DNA from: Eledone cirrhosa
Taxonomy: Eukaryota
Assembly: GCA_964016885.1 (NCBI GenBank)
Contig: OZ024745.1
Span: 57,102,001-57,166,000, forward strand
Reading direction: 5' to 3'
DNA length: 64,000 bases
The notes beneath the pieces were generated by a model, which was not told the origin of the DNA, did no database searches, and worked only from the letters and a program-made list of their open reading frames with translations. This document shows, piece after piece, positions 26,533 to 41,729 of this stretch (position 1 is its first letter; the number at the start of each line of letters is the position of its first letter). The translations under genes and the position numbers were made by a program.

Positions 26533-27407
26533 CAGTTCACTTGAGTCTAAATACTAATCATATGTTACGAAATTATATAGTTAGATTTACTTAATTCCTG
26601 TCTCAAGAATTATATGGAACGCCTGGAATAGTAACACTATGTTAATTCAGCACACATGCAGTCGCCATACTCGTCTCCATTAACGTAACAGTCATATAGA
26701 ATACCTCTATCCTCTGTAATATCAGGTGTGTAGTTCATCTCACGATAAATCTATCACGTGTGTTAGTGCATCATTAAATTCCTCAGGTCCTTGCAATATT
26801 ACGTCGCTTTCCGTAAGAAACATTGACTAAAATACTATCTTAACAACTTAAATATATCTTTTTAAACTCCTTTCCAAATAATTCATGACTCAAATGAGAT
26901 CCAAGATATTTAGAACATCGTTTGTATTTGTGTACATACATTTAAACGAAATATATCATATAGTTTCTATAACGTATTCTATTTAACATGTCAACTAAAT
27001 GAGCCCCTTCGTCCATTATACAATTTTATAGATCCAGGCAATCGGTTTTAACTATCTTTAATGTTTTTTATCGTGTAATTATCGTGAATATTGCACACAA
27101 TAATTATCTTGATGGAAGAAAAACATAGACCATATTTGTACTGTCCGTATACCGGAGAAGAAAAAATAATACCAATAAAAACATTTTGCTAGCAGCCATA
27201 CTTTGACTACATCTGTACTCCCTTTGAAGATAAACAAACAATATTTCTATGTGTACGGAAGAATACAAAGAAAATAAGCGATTGTTAGTTTTATCTTGAA
27301 ACAGCTCAAAACAGACAATCACTAGCAGAGAGTTTCACACAGTCAGATAAAAATTATGAGAGATAGTGCAGTATATAAACACAATTTTGAATTGAATACA
27401 AATATTC

Positions 27408-27495
27408 ATGGTGTGGGGTTAAGATTTTCTTTTTGCGAACATCTGCTTCTAGGTTCGATTCCACTTTTCGTTGCTATGCGTAACCTCTAGCCCTA
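27408..27495 (+). mobile_element. Degenerate tRNA-derived SINE head
   Basis: tggtgtggggttaag...ggttcgattccac resembles A and B boxes. Confidence 0.35.
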
Positions 27496-27829
27496 CTAAA
27501 GTGCTTATAAATGTATTTTTAGTATAATTTCGTACACAGACACTGCGTGCAGTACCCCTCTTCCTAAATATTTATTTCCAATGAATATCGATGAGATATT
27601 TCCGAGATAAGAAACAAACAGGTTTATTTTAAGCAATATTATACCGATAATATTTTCAGTGATATCCTCAGGTAATCCGTTATCGGATAGAATGGCTATA
27701 TACCCCAGTCCGCTTCCATATTCACAATTATCGGGTTGGCGTTGTTCACACGCTAGACCGGGCCCCGGTACTTTATGTTTCAATAGATGTTTTAATCCTA
27801 ATCAAAGCGTGAAGCTACATACTCTAAGA

Positions 27830-28070
27830 AGTTATGAAGAAGGAGAAATGAATATGAAAGGAAATAATTTACTTTAGACTTGAAACAATTCAGGTCATAA
27901 GAAGAATGAAAACATTGAAATGGCATAGAGTTCCAAAGTCTGGCAGTTCGATTGAAAAAGCTACGACGGTAGACAGACTTCCTTTATGGTGAGGCAACAG
28001 TAGCATCTGGATGAAAACGCTGTGTTTCGACTTACGCAAGATGACACAAAGTGACCTGGGTGGAATCGGC
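27830..28070 (-). mobile_element. CR1/Jockey-group LINE 3' fragment
   Basis: Minus strand translates YRRSFFNRTARLWNSMP...YDLNCFKSKVN, a typical C-terminus for this group. Confidence 0.7.
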
Positions 28071-29898
28071 TATTCCAACGTATATCCGGGAAACCTTTCC
28101 ACTATTCTGTGAGCTGGGGCCACGAGGCCACCTGAAACTGGGGTCCCGTACACAGGTTTGACGCTACCAAAACCGTGGGGACCGCTTCAGTCGAGTAGTG
28201 ATGTTAAGTGCTCTTCAGAAGAAAAATGTCCTTTCTTCTGCACAAAGATTAGTTGGTAGAGAATTTCAATTTCATAAACGGAATTATTCATACAATAATA
28301 ACATAAATGCACTACCGAGATCAGTATTGCGTATGATGAGTTTGGAATACCCACAGCACGTAAAAATTTAAAATATGAACCGAAATAATTTAAAATTACA
28401 ACTAGCAAGAGTTACAAATATGTATGGATGCACTTGTATGAATCTTTAACAATTGTGGGTTTGCTTCCAAAATTATGTCCAATAAAATAACAGTTACGTC
28501 ATAATTATTGCTGAATTTGATAGAGATTGTACGACAGGTACAAACGTTAGCTCCACATGGAGAAGCACAACCTTCAACTAACCTAACAAGTGTAAAAAGC
28601 AAATGTAAATGTAAAGTACTCTTACCGTGTGAAACAAGTAGCTGCCTAGATCAATGACGGAATAATTTAGTTTGAATAGAAATGATTGCGTGTCCACATC
28701 ACGTAGGATAGTGTGGCATTTTTTATCCTTATTTCTATTTCAGAATTGAGAAAATATTTAAGATAAGTATCACAATATTTAGAGTGATATAATACAAGAC
28801 TAGATTCTTAATAGCAACCTACTTGAATATGTAGCGTTAATTTTGATATCAATACATTTGCGATAATATATATATATTTGATTTCGGATTCAAAGAAACA
28901 CTCTAAACGTATAATCGTTTGATTTGTCCAGGTGTATTTTTCTGAACCTGTTAGTTCTATCGTTACTTTGGTATATTATTGTGTGTTAGATTTTATCTTA
29001 CCACAATGTTCGATTTGTCAAGCTATTTAAACGTATGTTATTACTCTAAGGACCTAACTTATCGAGTGCTTTGCTAACACATCATTTCATATAAGTAGGC
29101 CGAATTTGTTTGCAAACCGCCAGAGATTCGATTTTACTAAATTTCCAATTATATATATATATATGTCAGGTACGTATCATGTTTTCCTCATTCATTAAAA
29201 CACAATACAGTCTCATCAACGTGTAAATATGCCCAAACAAATCGAACAAAATTATTAAAGATTCTGATCGATTCATTCTTGTTGCGAATACCTTCTCATT
29301 ATCATTTCTGAAACATTAATGGCTATATGATTATGTTCCTTTCAGATTTCACTCTCTTATTCAGCGTTTTTCAGACTCGTTCTCTCTCTCAATCTCTCTT
29401 CCCCTCACTTGCTGAAGAATATTGATAAAGTACCTCAGACTGCAAGCTTCTTATATCTTCTCGTTTATATTTTTGTACTGAGGACATCCGAAAACCACTG
29501 GCCGTTATCTTAAAGAATCGTGACTTTACGAATGAATCAATTTGCTAGAATTATGCTGACTGTCTACTATTAAAGTAGCTAAACAATAGAGTAAGTGTTT
29601 CTTTTAAATTTGAAATCTATTTCATTCAATTCGATATGCCATAAAACCTGATTTACTATTAAAAAACTCTACAAAGATATGACATTAATAGCTCTAAATA
29701 TTGAATACAGAATATAGCATTCGTATTGAAAGAAAGCTGTAAATATCTAATATTTTTCGAGACATGCCAACCTATTTCTTTTGTATGTTTTTTTCCTTCT
29801 TTCTTTAGAATAAAAGACATAACCTGATGGACATGAACAAGATGTTTTTTTGTAAGAGTGGTTGTATAGATATATGAATAAATATATATATGTGTGTG

Positions 29899-29931
<33 letters not shown>

Positions 29932-30112
29932 TTGATGGTAGCTGTGATGCTTCCATAGGCGGTATGCCGGTTGATCACTCTATGTTCTTACAGAGCAGAG
30001 TGTGATATAATATCCATACAACGATCGTCGTGCCTCGAGCTGTCTGCCGGCGAAACAATTGTAACACAATAAATTGAGTCCAGATGCATCACTGATTTTT
30101 GGTTTTATATTA

Positions 30113-30163
<51 letters not shown>

Positions 30164-30856
30164 GAGGGGGTTAAAACATACGGGAAAATGAACGAACGCC
30201 AAAATTGCAATTAATGTGACCACTTAAATGGAACTAATGACACTAGTTTCCCCATCAAATGGAACATTTTTGATCCCGACCCTGCACACATGATTTTACT
30301 TCATGTATATTATTCTAAAAAGCTACATAACTGCACTGACTGTTTAAATATGCGGAACGATTTCTTATATCCCTGTCCCAATACTCCTAACTACGTCTTG
30401 AAGGAGTGGGAAATCCAACCTACCAAGAATAAAAGAATTCCATCACCACGGTTCTTACTTGCCGATCACCCATGTCTCGTATTCATTTGCACATGGACAA
30501 CCCTACTAAAGCCCTTTTGTTTTAGCTGCTCTCTAAACGTTTACTCCTTTATATTCTCGTAGTATATTTTCACAGACTTAATTAACAAATTGCGTACGTC
30601 ATCTTCATTCACAGCTCTATATGTTTTATTCTCCACACACTTCTCTCTATATTCTTTACCATTTCTACTTCATGTTTTGGAATATACTCACACTCAGCAG
30701 TTCGGCACTAACTTTTAACTCTACATACATCCTACGTTCCCAAGTATTGACAACTTAGCTGAATACGGTATTACTAGTCTAACATGTAAAATACAATCTA
30801 ACTATGTATTTCTGTATGTCTGTTTGTCTCTCTCTCTATCACTATATATATATACA

Positions 30857-30888
<32 letters not shown>

Positions 30889-30900
30889 CATAAAGTAGTG

Positions 30901-31059
30901 GACCCGCACCAGTAATAATTGGCACAAGCAATTATTTTGTCGACCCCGTAAGGATGAAAGGCAAAGTTAACTTCGGCAGGATTTGAACTCAGACCGTAAA
31001 GGAACGTAAATCTATGCTTCAAAAGCATGGCGTCCGAGCTTCTACTGATACTGCCAATC
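30901..31059 (-). mobile_element. tRNA-derived SINE with rearranged 3' end
   Basis: Reverse complement of the SINE head and body. Confidence 0.8.
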
Positions 31060-33391
31060 GATAGCGTTTAACAAGAGTTAAGTTAGTGGGGTATAACAGA
31101 ATTACCGGGTATATGAACAAACATGCTCTAAACATAAGGTTAATGATGAAGAACTATACTCCATTCCACAAATCCCAACGAGATAAGAGCTTGCAGTAGT
31201 TAGTTCAATATAATGAGTTGTTGAAGTTGAGATGTTATAGATCTTGTAAAAGTTTCATAATGGCACAATAAATATAGTGGCTGGTGAACAAGTTAGTAGT
31301 AATCAAACATAGCACTAAATGTCTGATATAAAGTGAAGGCGTATATGCAGTCATATTCACTATGTTTATGTATAATAATCAGACATGTCTAATTGACGAG
31401 TATTTGAAGCTCTAATCATACCAGGTATCTCACTATGAGAGTAAGTGACTTTATGCCTTGTATTGGGTCAGCTGAAGCTCAGTATTTATACAAGCTTGGA
31501 GTAAATGAAAATGTATATTATTTTACATGTAATCTCAACTTTTATAAATGTTGAGATTAAATCTGGTTAGATAATATTGAATATAAATTCTAGAGCTATA
31601 TTTAAAGAATGTCATTGTGGTTTTCTAATATAAATTTACATATACCATGAACACGTGATCTTAACAGTTATCTATCTGACCTCGATTTCAAGACAAACCA
31701 TTATATAGTGCCATAAGAAAGGAGTAATGTAATAAATATTCGTGGATTTTATTCGTATTAGATTTATGTGGAAAGTGAATAGTTACGTGTGATCTTACTG
31801 AGGAAAGGTGAAATATTTCAAACAACGCTTATCATCTATGAAATATAATCTATTCTGTTAATTCGGGTATTACCGTAATTGAATTGTGTTCATGTTTTAT
31901 TGGTTTAATTTACTCGATGTTCCATTAATATGTAATAACGTTCATAGTCTCTAAGACACTATGGGTAATATATCCATTTTGTTAATTCCCTGCTGAACTC
32001 AATACTTTTTATTCACCTGGAAGTCAAATTATGAAATACTACTATTGCAGATGACGTTTACTAAATCCCATACCACTGGTCCATCCCTCTCTTTCCAAAA
32101 CGAAACTAATTACAGTGTTAAATGTCTAGTTTAGAAACAGTAGAAATCTCTTTTGTCTCATTATTACAAATGCTTCACCAATCCTATGAGGAAAGACTTT
32201 AACAATGAAGAAAATACCTTATATCTTCTGTCTAGCCAATAGTATATTTCATATTAGTATATGTAAATGAAACAATTACGAATAAAATACCAAAACATAA
32301 TCGTGAAGAATATATTGTTGTTTTTTATTTGTGTATGGTGTCTGGGCAGTTTTAGAGCGACTGTTGTTGATTTCATTGAGATAGAGTTACTGTTATGATG
32401 TATGGGTTTTAGAATTTTAAATTTTAGCATACGATTTACACATTTTATCAGTAATTGATTCATTAACAATATTGTATTACAAAGAGTAACGTTTAATATG
32501 CCAGAAGAACAGCAGCATAAATAAATATTTCTGTGCCACAAGAGGTGTATATAATAATATTAATGCAGCACAAAACTTACTAACAAACATTCTACGTATT
32601 GACATTGTATTTTCACTGAATGAGATAACACATTTCTAAGATAAAGTAGTAAAACACACAATTCAAAACAAAATAAAAATGATGTCTGCACATAAATGTA
32701 ACCGAATTTTTTCAGATCATTTCGTATGTAAATATATAAGTCTGAAAAATATATACGTTTAGCTGCTTGGAGAAACGATGTCATTAGTATTTGGTGAAAA
32801 TACCGTCCAACAACCAAAACATCACCGAAAGTTAATAATATCAGAGTAATAGTATCATATACGTTACCAGGAAAGTTTAATGATATCGCGTAGCACAACG
32901 TTGGCGAAGTGTGAAATTCTATACGTAACGCTATTTATAGTGATGCGAACTGAAAGAAGACTTTCGCAGCCAAAAATAACTAACTACTGTTTTGTTTTAA
33001 CAATGATACTGAGAATGTGTTTGCTGGAGAGGAGAAATATGTAAGAAGTAAATTAGAAATACCCTAACGTTCAGCGTGTTGATAATGTTTCTAAAAATAC
33101 AGCTATCTATCTGTCCCATAAAGTAGTAAACGACCTACATATGATCTCAAACTTTGATTGCAGATTATACATTTCTACTTCCTCTCCATTCATTTCCGAA
33201 TATACTAAGACGATGACGATCGAATATCACTAAAATCCCATTTACAATTATATCACCACGTTTCCTACATCGCCCATAAAACCAGAAATATGTATATTTA
33301 GAAATAAAAGATAAGTATATATTAAAAACATTGTCATAAACCCTGCCGTGGTCGGCTTCGCCTTTCGTCCATATGAGCTAAATAGAATAAG

Positions 33392-33562
33392 TACTGTATT
33401 TCCCGGCGCCGAAGACTCTTCGTCCTCGAGGACGCATCCTAACTTTGACAACAAAAAATTTGAAAAAAAAATAATAAACAACTTTCGGTCTCCGGGACGC
33501 ATGGTAGATTTTTGAGAAATATTTAGGAAAAAATTTGCGTCCTCGACGCCGGGAAATATGGT
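33392..33562. mobile_element. MITE, probably Tc1/mariner-pogo type
   Basis: Terminal inverted repeats actgtatttcccggcg / cgccgggaaatatggt, plus internal cgaggacgca / tgcgtcctcg. Confidence 0.7.
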
Positions 33563-33791
33563 TCTTTTCAAATACAAGTATTAATTTAATTGACATTTTA
33601 TCAGAATCAAAATGTAAATAAGCCAGAAAAGCAGCTACTATACAGGTTGACATGTAATATCGATAGCCAATTCTCCATTAAACCACACACTATTCTTTTT
33701 TTTTAATCTAGAAGGTAGAGGATATAGGTCATATGTTCCATTTCCAATGGAAAATGGTAAAGGTCCCGATTGTAACGGCTTCATATTATAT

Positions 33792-34002
33792 CGGATTGGC
33801 AGTATCGGTAGGGCATCGGACATGCTTTGCAGCATAGAGTTACGTCCCTTTATGATCTGGGTTCAAATCCCGCCCAGGTTAACTTTGCCTTTCACCCTTA
33901 CGGGGTCAATAAAATAAAGTACCAGTAACGCACTGGGATCGATTTAATCGACTTACCCCTCCTCCAAAATTGTTGGCATTTTGCCTATATAAGAAACCAT
34001 TA
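33792..34002 (+). mobile_element. tRNA-derived SINE, long subfamily
   Basis: Homologous to 26313-26532. Confidence 0.85.
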
Positions 34003-34383
34003 TATACACACAATCAAAGCTCACATAGATCTAGAGAGAAAAGTAAATAAGATCATCACTAGGCAGCGATGATCTATAAATGGCGGTAAGTGCTTACAGT
34101 AGGGTAAAACATGTATTTTCTTAAATTTACTTCAGGTACCCTTGGGTGTATGCGCCATAACAATAATGTAAACATTTCGAAAATATGCTTCATTATCCAT
34201 TATACTTTTGAGTTTGGCACAATGTAAGGCTGATTCATAGGGGGTCCCACTTTTATCGACAATGGAAAGGTTACAGCAAATTTTGTTGTAAGTTTTTCTA
34301 CATTAAAACGAGGAAAGATTGAAATTTATTATTATTGGATTAAAATGTTCAGGTAAAACCTGATTGTCATGCGCAGTCACGAT

Positions 34384-34578
34384 GGCATTGGCAGTATCGG
34401 TAGAGGGTCTGACGCCATGCTTTGCAGCAAAGAGTTACGGTCCTTTATGATCTGAGTTCAAATGCCACCGAGGTTAACTTTGCCTTTCATCCGTACGAGG
34501 TCGATAAAATAGAGCACCAGTAATGTACAGGGATAATTGCTGGCCTTGTTCCGAAAGTAGAAACAATTATTATTATTA
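34384..34578 (+). mobile_element. tRNA-derived SINE, short subfamily
   Basis: Homologous to 15739-15920, with an (ATT)n tail. Confidence 0.85.
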
Positions 34579-34921
34579 ACGGCAGTTGTAGGATTTGTCG
34601 GCTGGAATATACTCCTTGACTCGATAGCTTTGCTGCTAAGTGCTGCACGATAGGAATGAAAATCAGTGATGTGAAGACTATGACACCCATCCGCACCAGG
34701 AAACCTGCACAGTTCATTCACAGTGCGAATGAAATTCCATTTAAACAAGTGGAGATGTTCAAGTATCTCCGGACTCTTTTCACGATTTCAACACGAACTG
34801 TTGATGGGCTAGTTTAGTAATGCACATGTTTCAGCACACGGTCTTCGGAAGAATGTGGTAGGTCTAAATGCCAACATCACTATATTTACTTCGAAGTCTA
34901 TACATAACCATAGCTATAGAC

Positions 34922-34971
<50 letters not shown>

Positions 34972-34972
34972 A

Positions 34973-35027
<55 letters not shown>

Positions 35028-35055
35028 CGACGATGACGACGACGACGACGACGAC

Positions 35056-35095
<40 letters not shown>

Positions 35096-35122
35096 TTGAT
35101 GATGATGATGACAATGATGATG
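34922..35122. repeat. (GAT)n/(GAC)n microsatellite
   Basis: Direct reading. Confidence 0.95.
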
Positions 35123-35877
35123 GCGAAGATCAGTACATATAAGAAATACGTGACATAGAACATTTAATTTTGTATTTCAAAACACTAAACACAAAGAAAG
35201 CTTTCATTAGATTAATTGAAGACACTTCTGTAGATTTTCATTATGAAAATTCCTTCTTATAATTGCTAGAAAAATAATTTTAAAAAAGTGAGGATACAGT
35301 TTAACAAATATTATCATTAGATATTTGATTACATGTCTTATCACATAGGTTTAATAGTATATACGTACTGAAGAGTTACATTATGGCACGAATAAATTGA
35401 AGAGGAAAATAAATAAAAAAGCCCAGAGTAACAAGTGTTACTATTTAGCGTTAACAAAATGAATTTGTGTATATCCCTACTCACTGATATCGGAGCGGAG
35501 TTGGCCGCCCGCATGTGAGACCCGTGCGACGTGGAAAGGCTATTTCACCACGTCCACCCTCGTCGTTCTCTCGGGCAAAGAATTCTTCATCATCTCGGCC
35601 AGGACACAGAGGCCGTGGGTAAGATAGTATGTAGTGGATGATACCAGTTCGGGCGTCACTTTCTCTCTATTTCTTTAAAATTCTATGGTAAAGCTTACAA
35701 TAAAAGGGTTTCCTTCATATATATATATATGTATAAATTTAATCTCAGTTCTTCGAAAATTAATAATAACATACGATTCGTTTGCAATTATGCAAACAAG
35801 CCCTATTTTTAAAGCCATGTCAGTAGAATGAACCCCTCATTCTTGCCCTTGTGTTAGCATGTAAACAGAAATATAGT

Positions 35878-35909
<32 letters not shown>

Positions 35910-36311
35910 GGTATCCAGTGGCTGGTGTAGGAACGGCGTAAAGTTAGAGCAACAGAAGGTCAGACTGGAACATTTACTTTAGAATTTTAAGTCCTCGAAA
36001 GCGGTATACATCTTTCGATGGCCTAATTCTATTATCCGATGATGATAAAGACTTGGCGATTTCATTAGGTGTTGTTTGCAGAAATGTGTAACAAGATTAC
36101 ATTGAAACCAAACAGAATAGAAGATAAGAGATAGGATAAAAAATGGAAGATAGAAATAGAATATTCGAATTTGAGTGTACACTACCCCTTGGATATTTTT
36201 GCCTGTATATTCAGCTCAGATCTTCTAGTGTCCTTGTTCTCGTTGTATATCATGAGGTTTTGATTCATATTTAATTACTCCTTGCCGACGCACTGGTAGT
36301 ATGGAGTGTTT

Positions 36312-36434
<123 letters not shown>

Positions 36435-39359
36435 TTTATTTGAATATGTTCTAATAACTTTCGTTTCAAAATGTTTCTAGAAATATCATACTTTAAATTA
36501 ATTAAGAGGAGAATGGGGCGTAATTGGCTAATGAGTTTATCTAATTGCTTGGCAACTACTCAGGGATATATTCTGGTAAATAAGCATGTTTGTTATACGT
36601 TTAATTAAAGTATATTTAATCAAAATTCATTTATTAAACACAGGGCATAAGGAAGAAATAATATGATGTAAGTTTGCTTATATCACTTTTTAATATAACA
36701 CTTAATAATCTGAAAAATATGTATCCATGATCCTGTGACATAATTCATTTCTACTGCTCCTCAAATCAATTACTCTGAAATAATCTTGAGCATCAGAAAA
36801 TACGGTACATGTCAAACAATTTCATTGCTCGTCAAGAACTTAAAGAAGTACGTAGGGCCGGTGCATTTCTATCCGAAATTATAAACGAACGCAATTAAAT
36901 AAGTGCGACATCTGTTTCCAATATAATATCGTGTCTTGATTTTTTTCTTTTTTTTCTTTTTTTGGCTTACGAACATCAACCTAAACTTCTCGCTCTCTGA
37001 ATATATGGTATTTCTAATATTAGCACAGATTTAACTTTTTTTTATTTACAGAGGATGTAAACAATTTAATTAGTTCTAAAACATTATTGATTATTTCATT
37101 GAATGAATATAGTTTCGGGTTAAAGAATGAAAATACTTGAATATTTTATTATATTTCTACTGAATGCAAATAGTCATGTATACACCCCCCTAAGTGGTAT
37201 GGTATCTGTGTGACATGTAATTTAACTTATAAAGACATATATAATGTGACGTATGTAAGAAACCAAAATGCATAACTATCTTTTAAAAATCATGCTGGTT
37301 TGATTCCCTCATATATGACATTCATATCATATAAATGTCCTGTCTGAAGCACTCAATCGAAAATATCTTTCTGAAATTCGTTCCGCCATAAGATTCATAT
37401 AAGCGCAGAAAATGTCAACAAGGATACTGAGAGTTCTGTTTCCTTGTTATATTTTTCCATTGTAAAAGTATCCTAATGAAAGCGCTCCCCATATACTCTT
37501 TCCAGAAGAAAAAACCTTGTGAGATTCCAAGAAGTAAATGTTTAGTGGCACATTGCATCCCGTTGTATTGTATCATTTAAGCACACCCTGATAGTTACAC
37601 GTTGCAAACTTCGGAAATGTTTACATATATAAATATTTGAAACGTTACCCCGCTGATCTCACAATATCATTTAGGTCGTTTCAAATCTTACATCATTTAA
37701 CAATATTTACAGAAACACCTTTTTAAATCCTGGCATCTACGAAGGAGGTAATCCGTATTTCTCAAATATTTGAATACAGTTGCCTGGCGTCCTATTTCTC
37801 GCGTTAAACGCGGTATTTTAAAGGGGCATTTTGTCAGCCTAATAAAGAGGACTATTCAATGTTACTTTCTTGTCTGAAAAACGATATATAAAGCACTTCC
37901 CCCTATATCTACCTTCTTTATATATCAATCCAATTCGCATAGACACACTCTGCACATACCAACAAATCTACACATACCTGATTCTTCTCTCCCATATATA
38001 TAATCAGAGAAACAAATATATACAATAACTCACTTTCATTTAAAAATTCAATATCCTATTCCTACAGACATGTATGTATAACCAGCCATTCACAAGCTAG
38101 ACATAAAGCGTAAATATTTAATTCCTCTTCTATAAGCTCAGATATTATATCTGCTATAAATCGCTTGATGCCTCACTGTTTCTATTCAGTTATCATTTTC
38201 TATACTAATTCTTCATCAATAACACGTATTTGTTTTATGCATGTATATATTTTCACCGCGACTGTATTCTATTATGACAAAAGACAAATATTCTTAGACT
38301 TAGTTATATTTTTTACGCTTATCAGTGTACATTGTATATCCGTTCTTTCATGTCTTCTTATTTAAGAATAGGAGAATGATAGAGATCAATAATGGATTAT
38401 ACGAAAACAGGATTTCTAGTTTTCTTATCTGGTCTAGAAGCCATGGAGAATTTTTGTTTGCTAGATAAAAGTGGTTATTTTGCCGAGTAAATATATTACA
38501 ATGCATGTCTTTACATTCTGGGGCATGAACAGCAGATTTTAGTACAATGAAAAGCTTGTATATCGGTAGTCATTTTAAAAACGTCAAGCGGTAACAATAC
38601 TATGTTTAGTAGATACGATGATTTGTCTGGTTTTATATCACAAACTGGCCTTTCTTTATATTTAGGGAAGAACAATATAGTGCAAGTTTTCTGCCTACAG
38701 CTTCGATCAGGAGAATACAAAGTCACAATTTCATGTTAAATAAATGTTAAAAGTCGCAGGCGTCTCTTCGACAATATAAAACACATGAAGTGGAAATCAT
38801 CAGTTATCCTTATAGAGAAATAAAATCTTGTACGGGACATACGTTATACATTCTATAGTTAATATTCTTAGTGATTATTGAAAACATTTTATTTGCTGCA
38901 CCAATGTTAATTTATCAATGCATGATAGAAAAATTGGAATTACTGCTTCAGTCTCAACGTAAGTGAACACACGGTGAGGTAAACAAGCGATTATGTTGCA
39001 GAGAAACGTAATGTGTTGAATAAATGCTATCATAGACACAATCAAACGGACAATAGACTATAATAACTTCTCGAATGGACTGCCATTTGCTAGTTTCTCA
39101 TACTCGCAGCATCGCTTATGAGTAAATTGCCTGTGGTTCTCAAGTATATTTACAAGCACTAATTCTTTTATTGCATATGTTGATGCGATGTGGACAAAGA
39201 AATAATGGCATTCATGACAAACGAAGACATACGAAAAACTGTTTTGTTCCTGGAAAGAATATTGTTTATTGCAAAAGACATTCGAAAAGTTCATATATGT
39301 ATATATGTATATATACATATAGGAATATGTGTATATATACATATAGGAATATATATCTC

Positions 39360-39390
<31 letters not shown>

Positions 39391-39409
39391 ATGCATATTT
39401 ATACATGCC

Positions 39410-39440
<31 letters not shown>

Positions 39441-39831
39441 ACGCATATAATTATATATATGTGTATATAATTTATATATATACATATATATACATGCATA
39501 TATATATATATATATATACATATATATATACATATATACATATATATACATATATATATATATATACATATATATATTTACATATAATTATATATTCCTA
39601 TTTATACATGCATACATGCGCACACACAAACACACACACACATATATATATATATGCATGTATGTGAGTCTGGTTCACTTTACGTGTATGTGCATATGTT
39701 AAACAATCATATAGTTGTTAAACGTAAGTGCATCACGCATGTACGGAGTTATGCTTACTGATACACCTTACACAAATACACGCGTATACACCTCTTTCCT
39801 TCACTTATCTGTCTCTTCCTTTTCAATACTC

Positions 39832-39887
<56 letters not shown>

Positions 39888-40270
39888 TATACATATATAT
39901 ATATATGTGTGTGTGTGTATGTATGTATCTATGTATGTAAAGGAAAACAGAAACAACAAGGCAAAATTACAGTACAATGAAAATATATATATATATATAT
40001 GGCGTTGGTGGCTGAGAGAAATGTGTACTCAATACCGAAGTAAAGTTTTAATATATATTTATATAAAGTCTAATAAGTGAGTCTCGTTACTCTGAAGTTT
40101 CGCCTGTTTATCACAGGGTTATCAGAGAAGAAGTAATGTATACATAAAACTATAACTTTATAACTTTTATAATACTATGTGCAAATATTTACTTGAATAT
40201 CCGTTATATGTATAATTGAGCTGGTATGTACATCTCTCTCTCTCTCTCTATCTCTCTCTATCGCTCTCTT

Positions 40271-40324
<54 letters not shown>

Positions 40325-41632
40325 ATATATATATATATTTTTTTTTCGTTCCAGCCGAGGGGCTGAGGCCATGCTGGGGCACCGCCACCGATCCTACACT
40401 TTCTATAAGCAGCCTTCCCTTGCTGGCCATTGATGTCTGTTGCTGCTCCTCTTATTTGTGTTTCACCTCGTGCCGTGAGTTCATCAGGGATGTTGGTCAG
40501 TAGAATGTCGAGATGTCTTTTGAAAACATCTACATGTATACTCTGCTTAATTTAACAGCCTATAAGTGTTTATCGACTTTGATACTAAGTCTAGAATCAA
40601 TACTTGTTTTTTTTTATATGTGGCTTGAAATACCCGAACCAGATGAGCTTTAACTATTTTGGACATTGTGCAATTTATGGAGGTTGGAGGTCTTCAGAGA
40701 TCTTATAGAGTTAGGATGGGGGGGGGGTTCGTTAATTGACTTCCGAATATACTACGTTGCATAATTATTAGTCCTACGGATTCAGGTCCGCAAGGCTGAG
40801 AGGTCAAAGGTTTGGAATGATGGGGTTCTAATTGTGGGTTGTCATGACCATATGAGACGGCAGACAGTCTTGTTAGTAGGTATATATTCTTTGCTTTCTC
40901 ACAATCTTCACGCGTAGCCTCAAAGCCCTCTCCAATACTTCCTTATTTTCCGGAGTATGGAGCCTTAAGCCCTGACGAAAGAATTAAGGCGATAAGACAT
41001 CTCCATCGTTAGCGGAGACTTTCTATACATGACCTGTTGGAACGTGTAAATGGTCCCTTACATAACCATCTGTTATTAATCCAGTGTATTATTTTTATTT
41101 TTAATCTATAGAGAAATTCTTATTTTCTGGCTCGTGTCCATGCCTACATGTTACATATATGACTATACTTGTTACATATGTGTGTATACGTATACACGTT
41201 GGCGCAGTCTCGGTTTGAAATTGTATATATACATATATAAATTAATCATATACCTAGGCTGCTAGCGCACTTCTTAATATATATCTTAATCAATTAACAA
41301 CATAGGCGCCAATGTCAATACGTCCACTTCAGAATAATAGTAAGATAGGTATATATACCCATCAAATACATGATTCCTTGCGGTTGATTGGATGATATAC
41401 GCACTCTGAAATTAGGGGACAGACAGATGCAAAAACCGAATAGATGTTTTTTAAATGTTTATCATTTAAAAAAATATTTTTTAATTACAAGGAAATTCGT
41501 ATATTCTGGCCTGTTTACATACTTACATATTACATATGAGTATATATTTATACACGCTGGTGCAGTTTTAGTTACACGCTTTGTATTTACACAGATATAA
41601 CATTATCATACACTTAGACTGCTAGTGGAGGT

Positions 41633-41684
<52 letters not shown>

Positions 41685-41729
41685 GTGTGTGTATGTATGT
41701 ATGCATGCATGTATATATATACATGTATG

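Noticed and set aside
27104-27322. Short ORF with a hydrophobic MFLLVLFFLL stretch
   Set aside because: AT-rich chance ORF with no splice or homology support visible
34855-35163. Poly-Asp, poly-Met, poly-Ile and poly-Ser ORFs
   Set aside because: (GAT)n microsatellite open in several frames, with no coding context
40445-40495. CTGATGA..GAAA..TA motif on the minus strand
   Set aside because: Stems I and III do not pair convincingly; it lies in what looks like a retroelement 3' fragment
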